Shown here: piece by piece, positions 1-13,845 of the stretch
Position numbering within the stretch: position 1 is the first letter of the stretch
Layout: every line of letters starts with the position of its first letter
Assembly: GCF_000497125.1 (NCBI RefSeq)
Contig: NC_090602.1
Location: forward strand, 806,001-870,000
Direction: 5' to 3'
Length of the DNA stretch: 64,000 nucleotides
Source: Spironucleus salmonicida
Lineage: Eukaryota
Translations under genes and position numbers: made by a program
Notes under the pieces: generated by a model
What the model was told of the DNA's origin: nothing
Databases searched by the model: none
What the model saw: the letters and a program-made list of their open reading frames with translations, nothing else

Positions 1-518
1 CATCGCGCGGAATGGAAGGCCCGAGTCGCCCAGGCAGGCGGGCGGGCCGTTGCGGCTTACTGCAGAGAACTAGGGAGAGCTGATAAATTCACGGCCGATA
101 GCACCGCTACGGCAGGCACACCAGTGAGCCGGAAGACAGGCTGCCTGGACTCGCGGCGCCTCCGACCGCTAGGTGTGCACAGCCAGCCCCCTAGACACAG
201 CGGGAGAGGCAACACTGGCACGGGCTGCCGAACATGAGCTGGCGAAGGCCGCGCCGGACTCGAGTTAACTCGCCCATTCCATTTAATACCGATATGCTCA
301 CTTGCGCTCTACCCGCCATTTGGCTGCGCCCACTGCACCATTTCGCAGAGCAAGGTTTCCCATTCCATATAATTCTACTTACTAAGACTCCTAAAGCGGC
401 AGCCGAGCATGGCCTAGCACCAGTCTCCTGCGCCGGGACTTTAGCTCACTGCGAGTTTAGGGCAGTATGTGGCTGTGCCAAGCGGAGATACCGAACCTCA
501 CTCCAGCGCGAAGCGCAT
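1..518. repeat. Inverted duplication arm A1 (partner 1762-2279; probably extends left of the window)
   Basis: Near-exact reverse complement of 1762-2279; the same ORF text appears on both strands in the ORF track. Confidence 0.95.
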
Positions 519-569
519 TGTGTATAAGTTTTAATATTTTTATAACAATGCTATATTTTGTAATTATAA

Positions 570-1309
570 ATGAAAAATTTGATAAGTTTAATTAGCTAAG
601 GACAGTTAGTTCAAGATAATTCTGAATATTGTTATAAACGTAATCATTTAATCTATGGTTTTAATAGGATAAATGATTATTGTTTAAATAATAATCCATA
701 TAGTAAGATTACTAGAATTTTAAGTAACTTATGGAATCAATTTTAATATATATATATTCTGGCTAAATCTGATGTCCTACAGAAATAAAATCAATACAAT
801 ATAAAAATTTAGTCAAGTTAAATTAACAGTAATATATTAGCTTAATAATTCTATAAATTGACGAATATAATAATATACCATTTATAATTCAATTAAATAT
901 CATTTTACTAATTATAAACATCGCACTAACGTCTTGATCCGTTATATGCTATATTTTCATCGTCAAAGCGACCGTGATCAAGTCGTTAGTGTACCTGGCC
1001 CGAAACCGCGTTTTTTGCGTGTTTTCGGGCGAAATTCAGGGGCTGAGGGGGGATTTGTTGGGAAAAAATGTGGAGGATGTGGAGGGGAACGATGGGAACG
1101 ATTTGGAGGTTGGGAAGAGTGATGTGGATGTGGATGGGGTGGGGGAGACCGACCAGGCGATCCTCATGTTCGACGGGTACTATATGCAGGAGCTGGAGCT
1201 GTGGTTGGCGGAGGGGGAATAAGGGGAGGAATAAGAATAAGGAGAATAAGAATAATAAGAATAAGAATAAGAATAATAAGAAGGAGAAGGAGATTTGGTG
1301 GTGGAGTGA
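570..1309 (+). CDS. Hypothetical protein with Glu/Gln-rich tail; apparent single frameshift near 950-960
   Basis: With TAR=Gln one frame is open 570-977 and an overlapping frame runs to GGAGTGA at 1309; one extra T in the T4 run at about 954 would join them. Confidence 0.35.
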
Positions 1310-1563
1310 GGGGAGTGAGTGGGGATGAATGGATGGATGGAGGCAGGTAGGTAGGAGTTGCGGTTTCTTGGGTTAATTCGGCGTGGATTGTAGTAAATGT
1401 GTGTTAGAACGTTTTTAGAAGCATGAGAAACGTGGGATTTGGTATTTTTGAAGCGCGCGGAGGTAGGTCTGCAGCGGAGGTGAATAAACGCAGAAATCGA
1501 AAAACTGAATTTATGAAGTATGCTAATAATACGGTAATAAATGCATTGCCTGGATACTCGTAA

Positions 1564-1782
1564 ATGAACACAATCCAGCGCAGCCTATCGCAAATAGCGA
1601 ATAAGTCTTAGGAAGACTTTCAGACCGAATTGCTGGAGAACAACGCCCTGACTGCGCACGACATCAACGCCGCAGTAGATCCGGTTAAATGTAAGCACGA
1701 CGGGGTCTACGTTTCGCACGATAGCCTGGTCATGAACACCACGCACAGGAACACGCTGATGATGAGCTTCGCGCTGGAGTGA
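1564..1782 (+). CDS. Hypothetical 72-aa protein (MNTIQRSLSQ...MMSFALE)
   Basis: Open with TAG=Gln, GC3-biased codons, ends GGAGTGA; last codons lie inside arm A2. Confidence 0.55.
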
Positions 1783-2279
1783 GGTTCGGTATCTCCGCTT
1801 GGCACAGCCACATACTGCCCTAAACTCGCAGTGAGCTAAAGTCCCGGCGCAGGAGACTGGTGCTAGGCCATGCTCGGCTGCCGCTTTAGGAGTCTTAGTA
1901 AGTAGAATTATATGGAATGGGAAACCTTGCTCTGCGAAATGGTGCAGTGGGCGCAGCCAAATGGCGGGTAGAGCGCAAGTGAGCATATCGGTATTAAATG
2001 GAATGGGCGAGTTAACTCGAGTCCGGCGCGGCCTTCGCCAGCTCATGTTCGGCAGCCCGTGCCAGTGTTGCCTCTCCCGCTGTGTCTAGGGGGCTGGCTG
2101 TGCACACCTAGCGGTCGGAGGCGCCGCGAGTCCAGGCAGCCTGTCTTCCGGCTCACTGGTGTGCCTGCCGTAGCGGTGCTATCGGCCGTGAATTTATCAG
2201 CTCTCCCTAGTTCTCTGCAGTAAGCCGCAACGGCCCGCCCGCCTGCCTGGGCGACTCGGGCCTTCCATTCCGCGCGATG
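1762..2279. repeat. Inverted duplication arm A2
   Basis: Reverse complement of 1-518. Confidence 0.95.
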
Positions 2280-2306
2280 TTACCCAAATATTATACAATT
2301 CTAGTC

Positions 2307-2714
2307 TCACTCCGAAAGGCCCATCTCGACGGCCCGCAGCCGCACCGCCAGCTCCGTGGTAGCCAGGGCCGCGGCGATCTCGCTGTCCGCCAGCCCATCT
2401 GCGCGCAGCAGCCTGAGCTTGTGGTCCTCCTCCGCGGAGAAGGCGTCGTCTCCGAGGCGGAAGCTCAGCACGCGGCGCCAGTGCTGGGACACCTGGGAGC
2501 CGGCGCGCAGGGGGCACCGCGCCTGCGTGGAGACAGCGGCGGCGATGTCGGCCCAGGGCGTGCAGGGCCTGGCCCGCATGACGCTCGAGAGGGCGGCGTC
2601 CTCAGCGGCGGTCCAGGTGGAGGCGCGCATGGGCTTGCTGGCCCTGGGGGCGACCGCGGTCTTCGCGCAGTAGATAATCCCCGAGATCTGCTCGAGTACC
2701 TCGCTAAAATCCAT
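2307..2714 (-). CDS. Myb-like DNA-binding protein (135 aa)
   Basis: WTAAEDAAL...PWADIA...QVSQHWRRVL...FSAEED matches Myb/SANT repeat spacing; ends GGAGTGA. Confidence 0.85.
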   Translation of the reverse strand: MDFSEVLEQISGIIYCAKTAVAPRASKPMRASTWTAAEDAALSSVMRARPCTPWADIAAAVSTQARCPLRAGSQVSQHWRRVLSFRLGDDAFSAEEDHKLRLLRADGLADSEIAAALATTELAVRLRAVEMGLSE

Positions 2715-3169
2715 TTGGTGGAGGGGTGTTTCTAAGTATCTCGGGGCGGGACCCAAAGAGGAGGTGGGCCCACACTACCGGAGCGGGGTGTTATTCTCTG
2801 GGTATTACTGCGAGAAAGGAACAATGCGACGCGGTTTGATTTTAAAAATACTACAAATCGTATTGTGGGGGATTCTGGGTAAAAACCGATCGGCCAGTTT
2901 CGTAGAAAAAGTGCGGATCTTTAACGTCGTACCCCCTTGTACGCACCATACCGCGGGTTGCAGCCAGATTGAGTACTAAGGTAATTCTAAATTTAGAATC
3001 GCGCAAGTTTACCAGATTCTGCCTACAAGCTCCGCTGAGTAGAAGCGGAGCGTTGGATAAAAAACTGCGGCCACACTTATATATCCCGAGGCAAATACTT
3101 TCGGAAATGGGAAGAGGCGGCCCAGCGCATGTGAAGCGTACGCATTAAGTCACTCACCGCTGACGGGCC

Positions 3170-3475
3170 TCACTGCAGGAGGTCCAGCTGCTGGAAATTG
3201 TAGCCGCCCAGCACCGCCTGGTCGAAGGCGATGAGGCGCATCTGCTTGGCGCTGGGCTCCTGGGGATGCTGCAGCAGGTAGTAGTACTTGTTCTTCACCT
3301 GGTTCTGGGTCAGGTGTGGGAAGTGGGTGGACACGTACTACCACCGCTTGTGGTGCGTTTCAGCTAGCATCAGCAGGCTGGATATCTCGGCCTCGCTCCA
3401 ATTGTGGCGATGGTACGCGCGACGCTGTCTGGGCTGGCCCTTCTGGGTAGTAGCGGCTGAGTAATTTCCCAGCAT
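3170..3475 (-). CDS. Single-repeat Myb/SANT protein (101 aa)
   Basis: HNWSEAEISSLL...KRW[TAG=Q]YVSTHFPHLTQNQVKNKYY; the domain is complete only if TAG is read through; ends CAGTGA. Confidence 0.85.
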
Positions 3476-5423
3476 TTTTGAGTAAGGCAGGAACCTAAAG
3501 AGTGATATTATATACGTTATATAGGGTGCGTAAAACTTCAAGAAATCTACGAAAGCTGGTAATACCTAGGTATTATATCATATTTACTATTTCGATGAAG
3601 GAAACTTTCTACACGCTCTTCTAAGAATAGGACCCTCTACTATATATGAAGATTACACGGTATGAAGTGTTTTTTTTCAGTTTCACTTCAGCAACTTTAC
3701 TAGTATGTCTAAATTAAATGGGGTATACAATTCAAGAAACTTAAGAAAGGTCAGATTCTTCTAAAAGATTCTACAGTCTCAGGACTCCTGCCCTATAAGC
3801 CGATACCCGGCGTCCTACCATCGGTATTGGGTCATAAATGGGCTGCTCATGCACACAGTATATATGTAGTTATGCCCATTAGCCCTCTGATACGCGGTCG
3901 GAACTTGTGCGTGGTACCTGCCCAGTGTTCGGCTCGCACCAAACTATGAGAATGTGCTCCTGGAATATCCCGCATGCATTTCCCGATTTGGTGTAGAAGT
4001 CGTTACGGCTAGATCTCGTGCTGCTGTGCGGGTCAGAGCTTCGGCATCCGGCTGCCAGACCTATCATCCGGGATTTAGCGGCTCTGAATAGGTCAGGTTG
4101 GCAGAGTTTGGTACCTTGTGGATCATACCCCTGGGGATATGCGCGCTCGCCTGAGTCTGTGCTGAGTCCAGTCTAGCGGCTCGGTGGAATCGTCTTCCTT
4201 AAGCCAGCGCATTTCATAAATAGGGTCACCATTTCCTGGAAGGCTGGAGGGCCCTGTCAGTTCCTTTCGGCTCGCAATGTGTCTAGAGTGAAATAGATAT
4301 CCCAGAACAATACCTACATCCGCAGTGGACTTTCTGCTTCCATAGTCAACAGCCTCCGCCGGTGTCGCAGAGGGAACGACAACACCTGGTATATGAAAAT
4401 TTATAACAAGCGACATCTACCTCAAATGCGTCGTTCCATACCGGCGCAGAGGAGAATGTCAAGATTGCATTGCCAAATCACTGAGGGCCTCGCCCAGGCT
4501 AATTGGATTTGCGCCTCGAATCCTGGACCCTAGGCAGTTTGGCGTAAAAGCATGAGAGCGGTTAGGATATTTTGTCGCTAGGAACGCAGTAAGGGACAGC
4601 GTCAGCAGGTATCGACGACAGCATCTGATCAACAGAGTGCAACTTGAGTATTTGGCGCCGCCAGTAAGGCATCCCAACATGAGGGGCGCAACTAGATATT
4701 GACCACGAGGCGCGTTGATGACCACTCTGCAGAGTATCCGGTAGATGAGTGTGGACCTACTACTTGCCCTGTAGCTCGACCCCTAATAGGGGAGTGGATA
4801 CGGCGGCCCACCTTTCTCTCGGATGACAATGACTACCACTGCTCCATGCCTCCCGCCCCGTATTCGGGGTGTTATTGCTCCCCACTAGACTGCTCACTCG
4901 GGCGACGCACACCGCCCCTTCTGTGCTAAGACCAGTCCCACCTAAGCGCCCTAACCTCCCAGAGTGCATGGTCCTATTACCGCCGTTCAGGGTCCCGCGA
5001 TGCAGTGGCCCATTGCTCCCCTGCCTGCGCTTCATGGCCCGCTCAGAGAGTAACCACCCATGCTGCTGCGCTCCTCCAAGTGGTGGATCTTAGGCGCTGC
5101 TTGCATCGTCACGAAACTCCATCTGGGAACTGGTGCCCAGGCCTGCACCGAGAAGGGGTTCGCGCCGGAATGGGTCGGGATTCAGCGAGTCGAATCTCTG
5201 GGTATAATATGGTACTGGGCAGCTGGCGCCGTTCCATAATGACACGTATGAGCGGGCCAGAACCCCTCTGACGCACCTGGCCCGGACCTTCGTTCCACGC
5301 GCTGCAGCTACCTGGCTGACATATATTGCGAGTAAAAACACCTCACATGGTGCTGTGGCTTCTCCCAGGGAAGGCGTGCCGCAGAAACCGCCAGCACCGA
5401 GCCTGCAAAACGAAAACCCTACC

Positions 5424-5645
5424 TCACTTCCACTGCAAGTTGTCCAGCAGCGCCTGACCCTTGCCCTGGTCGGTGATGACGATGCTCTCGTTCGAGGTGG
5501 CGATGCCGGACGGCATTCGCCTGAGCTTGGGGGCCTCCTGCTGGCATCCAACGTTCAGCTGGCGGTTCCCGTACACCTGCTGCTTAATGTCATTCTCGGG
5601 GTTCGTCTGCCCGATGGCGGCCAGTGGCCCAGTGAATTGGCTCAT
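5424..5645 (-). CDS. Hypothetical 73-aa protein (MSQFTGPL...NLQWK)
   Basis: GC3-rich ORF, C-rich leader, ends AAGTGA. Confidence 0.45.
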   Translation of the reverse strand: MSQFTGPLAAIGQTNPENDIKQQVYGNRQLNVGCQQEAPKLRRMPSGIATSNESIVITDQGKGQALLDNLQWK

Positions 5646-5952
5646 TCGTGGGAAGCGGGTCTGGTATATTATCGGGTTACTGCCCTTTGACCAATTAGGA
5701 GGGGACTCAGCAACTGACGCCCGCCGCATATTAGCGCATATACCGAGCAACGGCGCGACCTGCAGTTTCGACGTTTCGCCCAGCCGGTCTCGTGCCAGGC
5801 CTGCCGCAAAGGCGGACCGCGCAGCCCACTCCCCGGTGTAGGAGCAGCGCAGCGTGCTAGCCGCCTGGGAGCCGCACCGCTGCCGCGCGAACCAGACCCA
5901 CTCCCCAAACATATGGCTTATATATAAAATACAGCAGGTCCCCCGCCATCCG

Positions 5953-6261
5953 ATGGGCATGGAACGCTCCAGGAAGTCCTACGAGGACGAGATCGCGAAG
6001 TGTCTGTCCCACCAGCCCCGGCACGACCGCGACACCTGCCCACCGCGGGCGGTCCGGCCGGCCAAACCAGTACCGCCGCCCCACCCGCTGGCCAAGCCTC
6101 CCGAGGCCTCAAACTCGTCGTACCGCCTGCTGCTGCGGGAGAACACGGGCCTGTCGGACTGCATCGTCACCCAGGCCGGCAGCATCTTCCAGCCGCCGCG
6201 GCCCATGCCCAAGATAGCGAACCTGAAGGACCAGATGATCATCTTCGCAATCGACGAGTGA
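5953..6261 (+). CDS. Hypothetical Pro-rich protein (about 102 aa)
   Basis: Strong GC3 bias, AT tract upstream, ends GAGTGA. Confidence 0.55.
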   Translation: MGMERSRKSYEDEIAKCLSHQPRHDRDTCPPRAVRPAKPVPPPHPLAKPPEASNSSYRLLLRENTGLSDCIVTQAGSIFQPPRPMPKIANLKDQMIIFAIDE

Positions 6262-6275
6262 CCCGACCCAACCGC

Positions 6276-6530
6276 TCACTTCTTCATCTTCTTCATCCGC
6301 AACCTCCCGTCTCCGTAGAAGCGCGCGATCTCGTAGTGCAGATCCACCGTGTACTGCCCCGCTGCGACCTCCTGCGCGAGCACCTGCTGGTCACGCCGCG
6401 CCCTCGCAAGGTACAGCGCGCTGAAGCCCTGCACCGGCCCCGGCGCGCCCGCCTGGATCGCCTCCAGGAACGCGAAGCTGTCCGGGTCGATTTCGTCATA
6501 AACAACCCCGTAAATTACTTATCTTAAATT
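6276..6530 (-). pseudogene. Coding-like 3' fragment without in-frame start (YDEIDPDSFAFLEAIQ...RMKKMKK)
   Basis: GC3-rich frame ending AAGTGA, bounded upstream by in-frame TGA at 6531; the neighbouring frame is open to about 6868, suggesting a 1-nt frameshift. Confidence 0.35.
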
Positions 6531-9500
6531 TCAAGAATATATATTAATAGCTATAATTATGTATTTGGCATGTTCTAAAATCTTACGCATGATAAGAAAT
6601 AGATTAACCAAACATATATCAAATATGTATTATAAAATTATAGAATGAATTATCTTACATTATGTAAATTGTTAATATATTCTATGTGAAAATTAATAAA
6701 GTATTAATAAAAAGTAAATAACGTTTCAATTTTAGTATCAACAATTACTAAATAATAGTATTTCAACCGAATACTTAACTCTTATCCATAGTTTAACTTT
6801 TAAGTTAAAACTACTAACCTCACAGTCAAACTAAGGGTTTTTGATGGTTAAATCTTTTTTACTTATATTCAATATTTAAAATTATATACGCAATAATAAT
6901 TCGCGTTTGTATTAAGATTATTAAATTCGTTATATTAATTTAATGATTTTAAAAATAATTTGATTTTAACCAGAAAAAACATAAAATTTGCAGTTACTAA
7001 TTATTAGATCACGATAGCATATAAGTATAATTAAATTTCAGATTTTATTTTGAAACATATCTATATTGTAAAAAAAAATATTGTGAATATTTACAGTAAA
7101 ATCAAATAAGAGTACAAATAAAGTTGTGATATATATTATATTTATTATTATTAATACAACTTAAAGTTTTTCTTCACAGTAAATGAAGATAAATTTATAG
7201 GCTTCAAATATTAAAACTACATTAGCTTTAACAGCCAGAGGAACTACAAGAGGGGTGAAAAGGGGTGAAAATAATATATAAATACTTGAAATGTTAATTT
7301 TTAAAGACCAAGTAATATTAGAATCAATGCTAACACGAGTGTAAGTGCTAGATATGAGAGTAAAAGAAATAGAATATATACTTATGGAACGAAAATCAGC
7401 TTTTCTGATAGGAAGTAAATGATAGTAGTATTTACATCTATATAATAAATTAGCGTCTTCTAATGTTTTACTCATTTAAATTTATTCTTTTAATTCTGTA
7501 AAATGAAACCTTAGGTCTAAAGTTATATATTACTAATTATATTTCTATAAAACTACGAAGGCAGCAATATTTGCTCAAAACATTATATATTAAAGACAAT
7601 AATAATATTGTAAATGAAATATTACAATTTGATTAGATTTTAAAAATTAATCAAATAGAATTATAGTATTTCAATATTGCGTAGATATTACTATTAAGAA
7701 TAGTTTTTATATCAATATTTACTACTATACCGCTAATAAATCTACTATTTATAGTTTTTGGCTATATTTACTGCATAAATTCTATATTTTAACAAACTTA
7801 TAAATATACAAGGATAAAACAATCTCTCATTGTATTTACGGTGGATATCATCATATATAAGATTAATATTAATTTTCTGCAGTTTGTTATCTTACCATAA
7901 AAATAATGGTTTTATAGTAAAATTACGAATTTAGTTAAATCTGGCGTGTGATTAAATAATTTTTCTTTTTGCTTAATGGATTACAGAAATTTATCATATT
8001 ATTTAAACTTTTAGTTATAATCCAGGAGGCTAAAAACTATAATAAGTTTGTTTTATTCTATATACCATACTTATATCATAAGAAATACTATAGAAAAACA
8101 AGTTTCGGTAATTTGTTCAATTACACATATGTGAACATAAATTTCAATATAGAAAAACTAAAAACGTGTTATTTATATTTTATTATGAAAAACTGTAAAT
8201 TTATAATTATCTCTAGCTCAAAATGATAGATTTAATGTAATATCAGAATACGATGAGACTGCTATCATCTAACCATATAGAAGATGAAGCAGACACACTA
8301 GTCTTTGCAGAATTTATATAAGAAGTAATAAGTGATGATGAATGAGTGTGTCAATATAATATAAATTTTCTTAATACTAATTTTAGATAATTTTTAATAA
8401 TATAGATCCTATTGATTCTATTTACTTTTATATTAAGAGTATTGCAATATTTTCTCTTAAACATTGCTAAATTTTATTGTAATAAAGTAAACCTAACATA
8501 TTCGATACCGACAAGATAAATAGTTTAACAGCAAAAATTATATATATATATATAAACTAAAATCACTTAACAGCATACTCTTCACTATCAGTTGTTATAA
8601 CTAAAGTACTAATATCATCTAAGAAAAATTATGTATAAACAATAGGAGTTTTCTCAATGTATGTAGATTTTGATAGCAAATTAAGTTTAATACGGGAGGA
8701 TGATGATGCAACTCTCAGCAATTTTCCACTACAAAAATGAGACTTACCCTTCATTTAATAAGGTGACAGGATAATCTAAACTAATATGATATAATATAAT
8801 ACAAGAGTTTAGTTTCTGGTTTTATGACTTATATGGTATGTTTTATTAACATATTAAATTTTATACACTAATAATTTTAGTTTTTAATATTAATAATTAT
8901 GAATATTTATAATAATATTAACTTATTATAAAACTTTGTAAAAATATTTTGCTGTATTTATATAATATATAATTAAGCAAACTTAGATTATTATATTTAT
9001 AGAGTTAATATTGATATCAAATTCACTATCTCCAATTTCTGGAGGATTTCGTTACAGGAATATGTGTCGAGTTCATATTTTCATATTATTCTTACTATTT
9101 ATAATATTTATATAGCTAAAATTTATGTTTTAAATATTTATCTTATTATGAATGCAGTTTGAATGTAAGTTCTAAAGCTGATATTAATTATTAAGGTTTA
9201 CTAAGTGTTTGCTTCTGATTTTAATCAATGGTAGGTGGTTTTGTGTTCGTATCGGTAATAAAAGAATTATAATTAGTTTTGTTAAATTTATTCATTATTT
9301 AATATAAATTTAATCGAGCGACATATAATATATTTGTAACAACACAAAATATTTTGTATACAATGTATAATAAATATAGGGAAATAACTATTTATACTAT
9401 TTATAAAATGAAATAATTTACAATTTAATCACTAGTTATAGATGAATTTTTAGTGTAAGATCGCACAAAGCTTAAATCAAGATCCTAGGTTAGAAGGATA

Positions 9501-10257
9501 AAAAATTAAGGCAATTATTATAATGACTTATTAGCTAGTAAAACTAAAATGTATGGATAGAGTTTATACTGTCTTCCTCCAAAAACTCCATAAGTATTGA
9601 TTAAGAAAAAATTATATACAGAATAAGAGCATCAAATTAGTTTATTTAAAGAACTATAGTACAAAAATTTATATGAAAGTGAGTTTAAAATAGTCTCTGA
9701 GAAACCTCGATAGTAGTAAGTTGCTAAAATTATCCAACTGTTTCATTATTATCAGCCAATGTCTACTTTAAGGCGTGTTCTAGCGGAAGATATTATATTT
9801 TTTAAAAAATAATTTAGCGAAAACTCTGTTTAACCACGTGATTAAATGTAAAGAAATCTAAGTATCGTACGTTAACATGATGAGATGATAAAGATTATGT
9901 CGCAAAAAGCTATCTAATTTAAAATAAAAAATAGTATTTTAGGAGATAAGGATGATCTTTATCACTTAATGTATCTTAAATGGATAAAAAACATAACTAC
10001 GCACAATGAGACTGCTATAACTACAATCAGACAAGCAGTAATAGCTGCAATTTTTACAGTACACTAATGGAACCCATACCGAAATAGATAAATGAAAAAA
10101 CAAGCTATCGAATGGGATTTTCAGTTTAGCGATTGATTATTTTAGAATAGTTTTTATAATTAGAATATCAATTTTTCGTTAAACTAGACTATAGCCTAAT
10201 TTGCAGCAAATCTTAATCTAAATTTAACAGCAATAAATTAACTTCAATAACCCTTCC

Positions 10258-11373
10258 TCACTAACCTCTCCATGATTCTACATAATCTAGCCAACTTTCA
10301 CAATTTTCCATTATTTCTTAATCCTGCTACTCATTTTCTTCTAGATACCCAGCATAGAGGCTGAAAAGCCTGGTAACGTCGTCAAAAACGCTGGTTAATA
10401 ATTTTCCAGTCCCCTTCTCACTTAGCAAGTCCATAAACGCGCAAATTAAGTTCTTATGAAGCCCTTTGGGCATTTCTTCTACCCTAGATAAATTTTTGAG
10501 AATGTGTACGAATTCTTCTAATTTACCAATATTAGCCATATTTTCAGCCACCAGCTCCACGCCAACGGTAACGCTGCGCTAGAACAGCGAAAACTCGCTC
10601 CCAGCAGCAAAACAGAAAATTTGGAAAAGCAACCCAAAATCACATAAGAAGGCTGCTATCAGAATGTATATTTCGAGAGCCTCGTCATTGAGCCCCTAGA
10701 ACGCAATTTCGCCCATCCGCGCCTGCAGAATCGGCCTGAAAAGCTCGTTTTTCTGCGCGTAATTCAGCTGGATCCCGAGCGTTTCCGGCGTAATTTCGGC
10801 CAGAAGCCCCAGGATCTGCGCCGGGTCGATCAGGTCCACGGGCACCGCCTCGAGCGAAATTGCGTCGTTGACGAGCGCGTGCAGCGCGTAATCCTGCGCG
10901 TTCAGGGCCTCGATAACGAGGCGCTGCACGTTCGCGGGCGCGGTCCTGTCGGCCGCCTGGAGCTAAAACTGCAGCGGCAGCCGGTCGAAAAGAGCGCTTT
11001 CGATCGTTTTCGCAGCCGTCAGAACCTCGAAATTTGCGGTCCGCAGGAGCTCCTCCTAGAAGCCGCTGGAGAGCTCCAGCGTGTTAATTTGGGCCAGCAG
11101 GGCGATGTAGTTGAAGGCGAGCGCGTCGCCGCTGAGGGCTGCGATTTAAGCTTAATTTAGTTCTAGGGGCTGCAGAATGCGGTTTGGGATGGTAATCGCG
11201 CAGTTGATTATGTCGAGAATCTGCTGGGTTGGGTTCTGGACAAACGCCTCGTTGAGCTTTAGCAGGCAGAAATTGTTGAATCTGGAGGGACTTTCCTGGA
11301 CGAATTTTGCTAGCTCCTCGAGGTGCTGATGGGGCTCTGTGCACCAAAGCTAGAGTGTCTTTTTAGAAGGCAT
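10258..11373 (-). CDS. Hypothetical helical protein (371 aa)
   Basis: TAR=Gln joins track fragments 10327-10560 and 10696-10929 into one ORF ending TAGTGA. Confidence 0.7.
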
Positions 11374-11451
11374 ATTGAAAAGGAAAAAGGAGCGGGTTAT
11401 TGTATTTAACTATATAATAATGATAATATTAGAAATTTAAAAATTCAATAA

Positions 11452-11700
11452 TCAGAACATGCATTCTCCCTTCTGTAGCAAGTATTTCTAGTCTTCTAAC
11501 TCATCCTCTAAAATTGCTGACCTGTGGTAGAGCTATTATGTGTCTTTTTAAACGTTAAGGATTGTGTCAATAAGCACTTCTGCATACTTATCATCGTTTA
11601 CTAGTTTCGTTTCTAGCTTCTACTTGATGGTTCTCAGACGCTGGTGGTCTAAAAGCTATTGATTGTATGCAGGTTTTTTTGTTTTTATCAAATCATCCAT
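11452..11700 (-). CDS. Hypothetical 82-aa coiled-coil-like protein
   Basis: ATG-to-TGA ORF with AT tract upstream and charged helical composition. Confidence 0.45.
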
Positions 11701-12042
11701 TAGTCGAAAAAATTAGAGCGGTTATATATAATTATATGTAATATTATCATATATAAATAGCTATATTTGAAATCTAGATAATAGATTTTATAATTTATTA
11801 TATAATACTAATTTTAATGAATAATTTAATTCTAACTTACAGCTAAATTTATATCAATCATCAACAAAGTAAACATTTTCTATTATTTCATTAAATTAAC
11901 ATTATATATTGGTAAGAATAAAATTTAATCATATTAATTTAATATATCAAAATTATCACTAAACTCTCCTGCATTATTTGTTAAATATAAATAAAGTTAT
12001 AATCTAATAACCATCAAAATAGATTTACCTTTCCCGCATCAA

Positions 12043-13356
12043 ATGCAGACAAATCCAAAGTCAAAGTATCGTTTTGCACAATTTGCAACAACCAAACCTC
12101 CTTCATTTGACGATGTGCCCACATCTGAAGATCTTTTAGACTCCAATCTTTGTTCAGCATCGTCAACAAGGATAGCTGCAATTTTATCCTCTAGAGGACC
12201 TGGAGAGGCAGTTGTGTTCAACACTAACAGCTTTTCAAGATATGGACCCAAAACACCACGTTTAGTAGGTCATAAGAGACCGATCACTGAGGCAGTTTTT
12301 GCGCCTAATTCTGAGGTTATTTTGGCTACATCAGCAGATGACGGTACCGTTGCTATCTGGGATACTTCAAACAACTCGTAGGATATGAAGACACCACTTG
12401 TGATTTTCCAAGCACATACAAAGAAAATCAGCTCAATCCGTTGGTCCCCTACCGTTAAAAACTTGCTTTTAACTTGCTCGTTCGACGGAAGTGTTAAATT
12501 TTGGAATATAGAAGATCCAGCGTAACCTACATTATCTCATGATTTCGAAGAAATAGTCCAACAAGCAGAGTTCAATTTTGACGGTAGCTTAGTCGCACTT
12601 ATTTTAAAGGACTCACGTCAAATTATAAAAATTGAGTCACTAAGTGGCCAAATTTTAAATTAATAGACATCCAAAACAACAGGAATCAAGCCTCCTAGAC
12701 TTATCTTTTGTGGTTAGAACAACGCAATTTGCGTTACTGGCGGAATGAAAAATTAAGAAAGATTAGCATACTTCCTAGACTAAAATTTTGAAACAGTAGG
12801 TTCCTAATTGTTTTAACAAAGCAGTAGCCAGTTTTTAACTTTCTGGGATGAAAATTCGCAGCTTTTGCACTGCCTCAGCAGAGGATCTACCGAATATTAT
12901 GCTTTTGAGCACGAAAACAGTGCATTCACCCTTGTCCTCAACCTTGGTTTCGACTGGCCTGTGAGGGGTGCTTGCATTATGCCAGCTAGAAGCCTAAACA
13001 CCGACAAGACCTAAATTGCGCAGTTTTTCATTTTGAACAATAAAAAGCAAATTTTGTACATGTCACTCGAAGTTCCAAGCAAAATCAAAGGCTTCAACAA
13101 GAAATTTTACGATAAGTATGAAGCTTAAGAGTCGGTTTAAACTATTTAGGAGTTTAAATAAGGCATAGTCAAAAAACCTTTATATGTTGAATTTGTCGAA
13201 GGTGAGGTATTTACTGCTAAAGATGAAGAGGTGTTGGTGGTTAGTCAGGCAGAAAGCGAGCACGATGAATTACTGAGATTGAGGAAGGAGTTGGTTTTGG
13301 CAAAAGCGAAGATTGAATAACTAGAGGATTAACTCAAAAAGACTTCCAGAGAGTGA
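12043..13356 (+). CDS. Coronin (WD40 actin-binding protein, 437 aa)
   Basis: N-terminal SKYRF, WD repeats (LVGHKRPI...ILATSADDGTVAIWD; LLTCSFDGSVKFWN), VRGACIMPAR and a C-terminal coiled coil; ends GAGTGA. Confidence 0.85.
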
Positions 13357-13457
13357 AATAAAATAATAACACATTATATTGCTTTTACTGTATACTTTAA
13401 GCCAAATACGATATATTTCATCTATTATAGATAAATGTAATTCACTTCTACAGTAAA

Positions 13458-13778
13458 ATGGCAAATTGCGAGGAAAGTTCCTCTGAGGATTTAGACTTTA
13501 ATTTTTCATATCAACAATCTGGTGAACTACCCATACCAGCATTGTCCTAGAAATCAATTCAATCTATAAATTTTTCCCTCAAAATGTAGAAAAAGTCAAA
13601 ATCTTGTCAGTTATCACCTCGCAATCGTAATGTTATATAATAAGATAGAAGTAGACCTACTTATGTGGACAATCTAAAGCAATACAATAAATCATTTTAT
13701 TATGAGGTACTTGCATCTTTTAAAAATTAGAAAAAAACACCTGTTTGTAAACTTTATGGTTCAAATAGATTTAAGTGA
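13458..13778 (+). CDS. Hypothetical 106-aa protein
   Basis: TCACTTC leader, ends AAGTGA. Confidence 0.5.
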
Positions 13779-13845
13779 ATGTAATTAGCGAAATGTATTT
13801 AATATCGCACTATACATTACTTTATTAGACTTTATATAACTTTTA

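Noticed and set aside
1833-2100. AAAGTCCCGG resembling RNase MRP CR-I with a later GGGGCT
   Set aside because: Imperfect match, long spacing, an intervening AT tract and no convincing P1 helix.
3780-5400. Short ORFs in a moderately GC-rich stretch
   Set aside because: No consistent codon bias, motifs or start and stop signals; possibly degenerate sequence.
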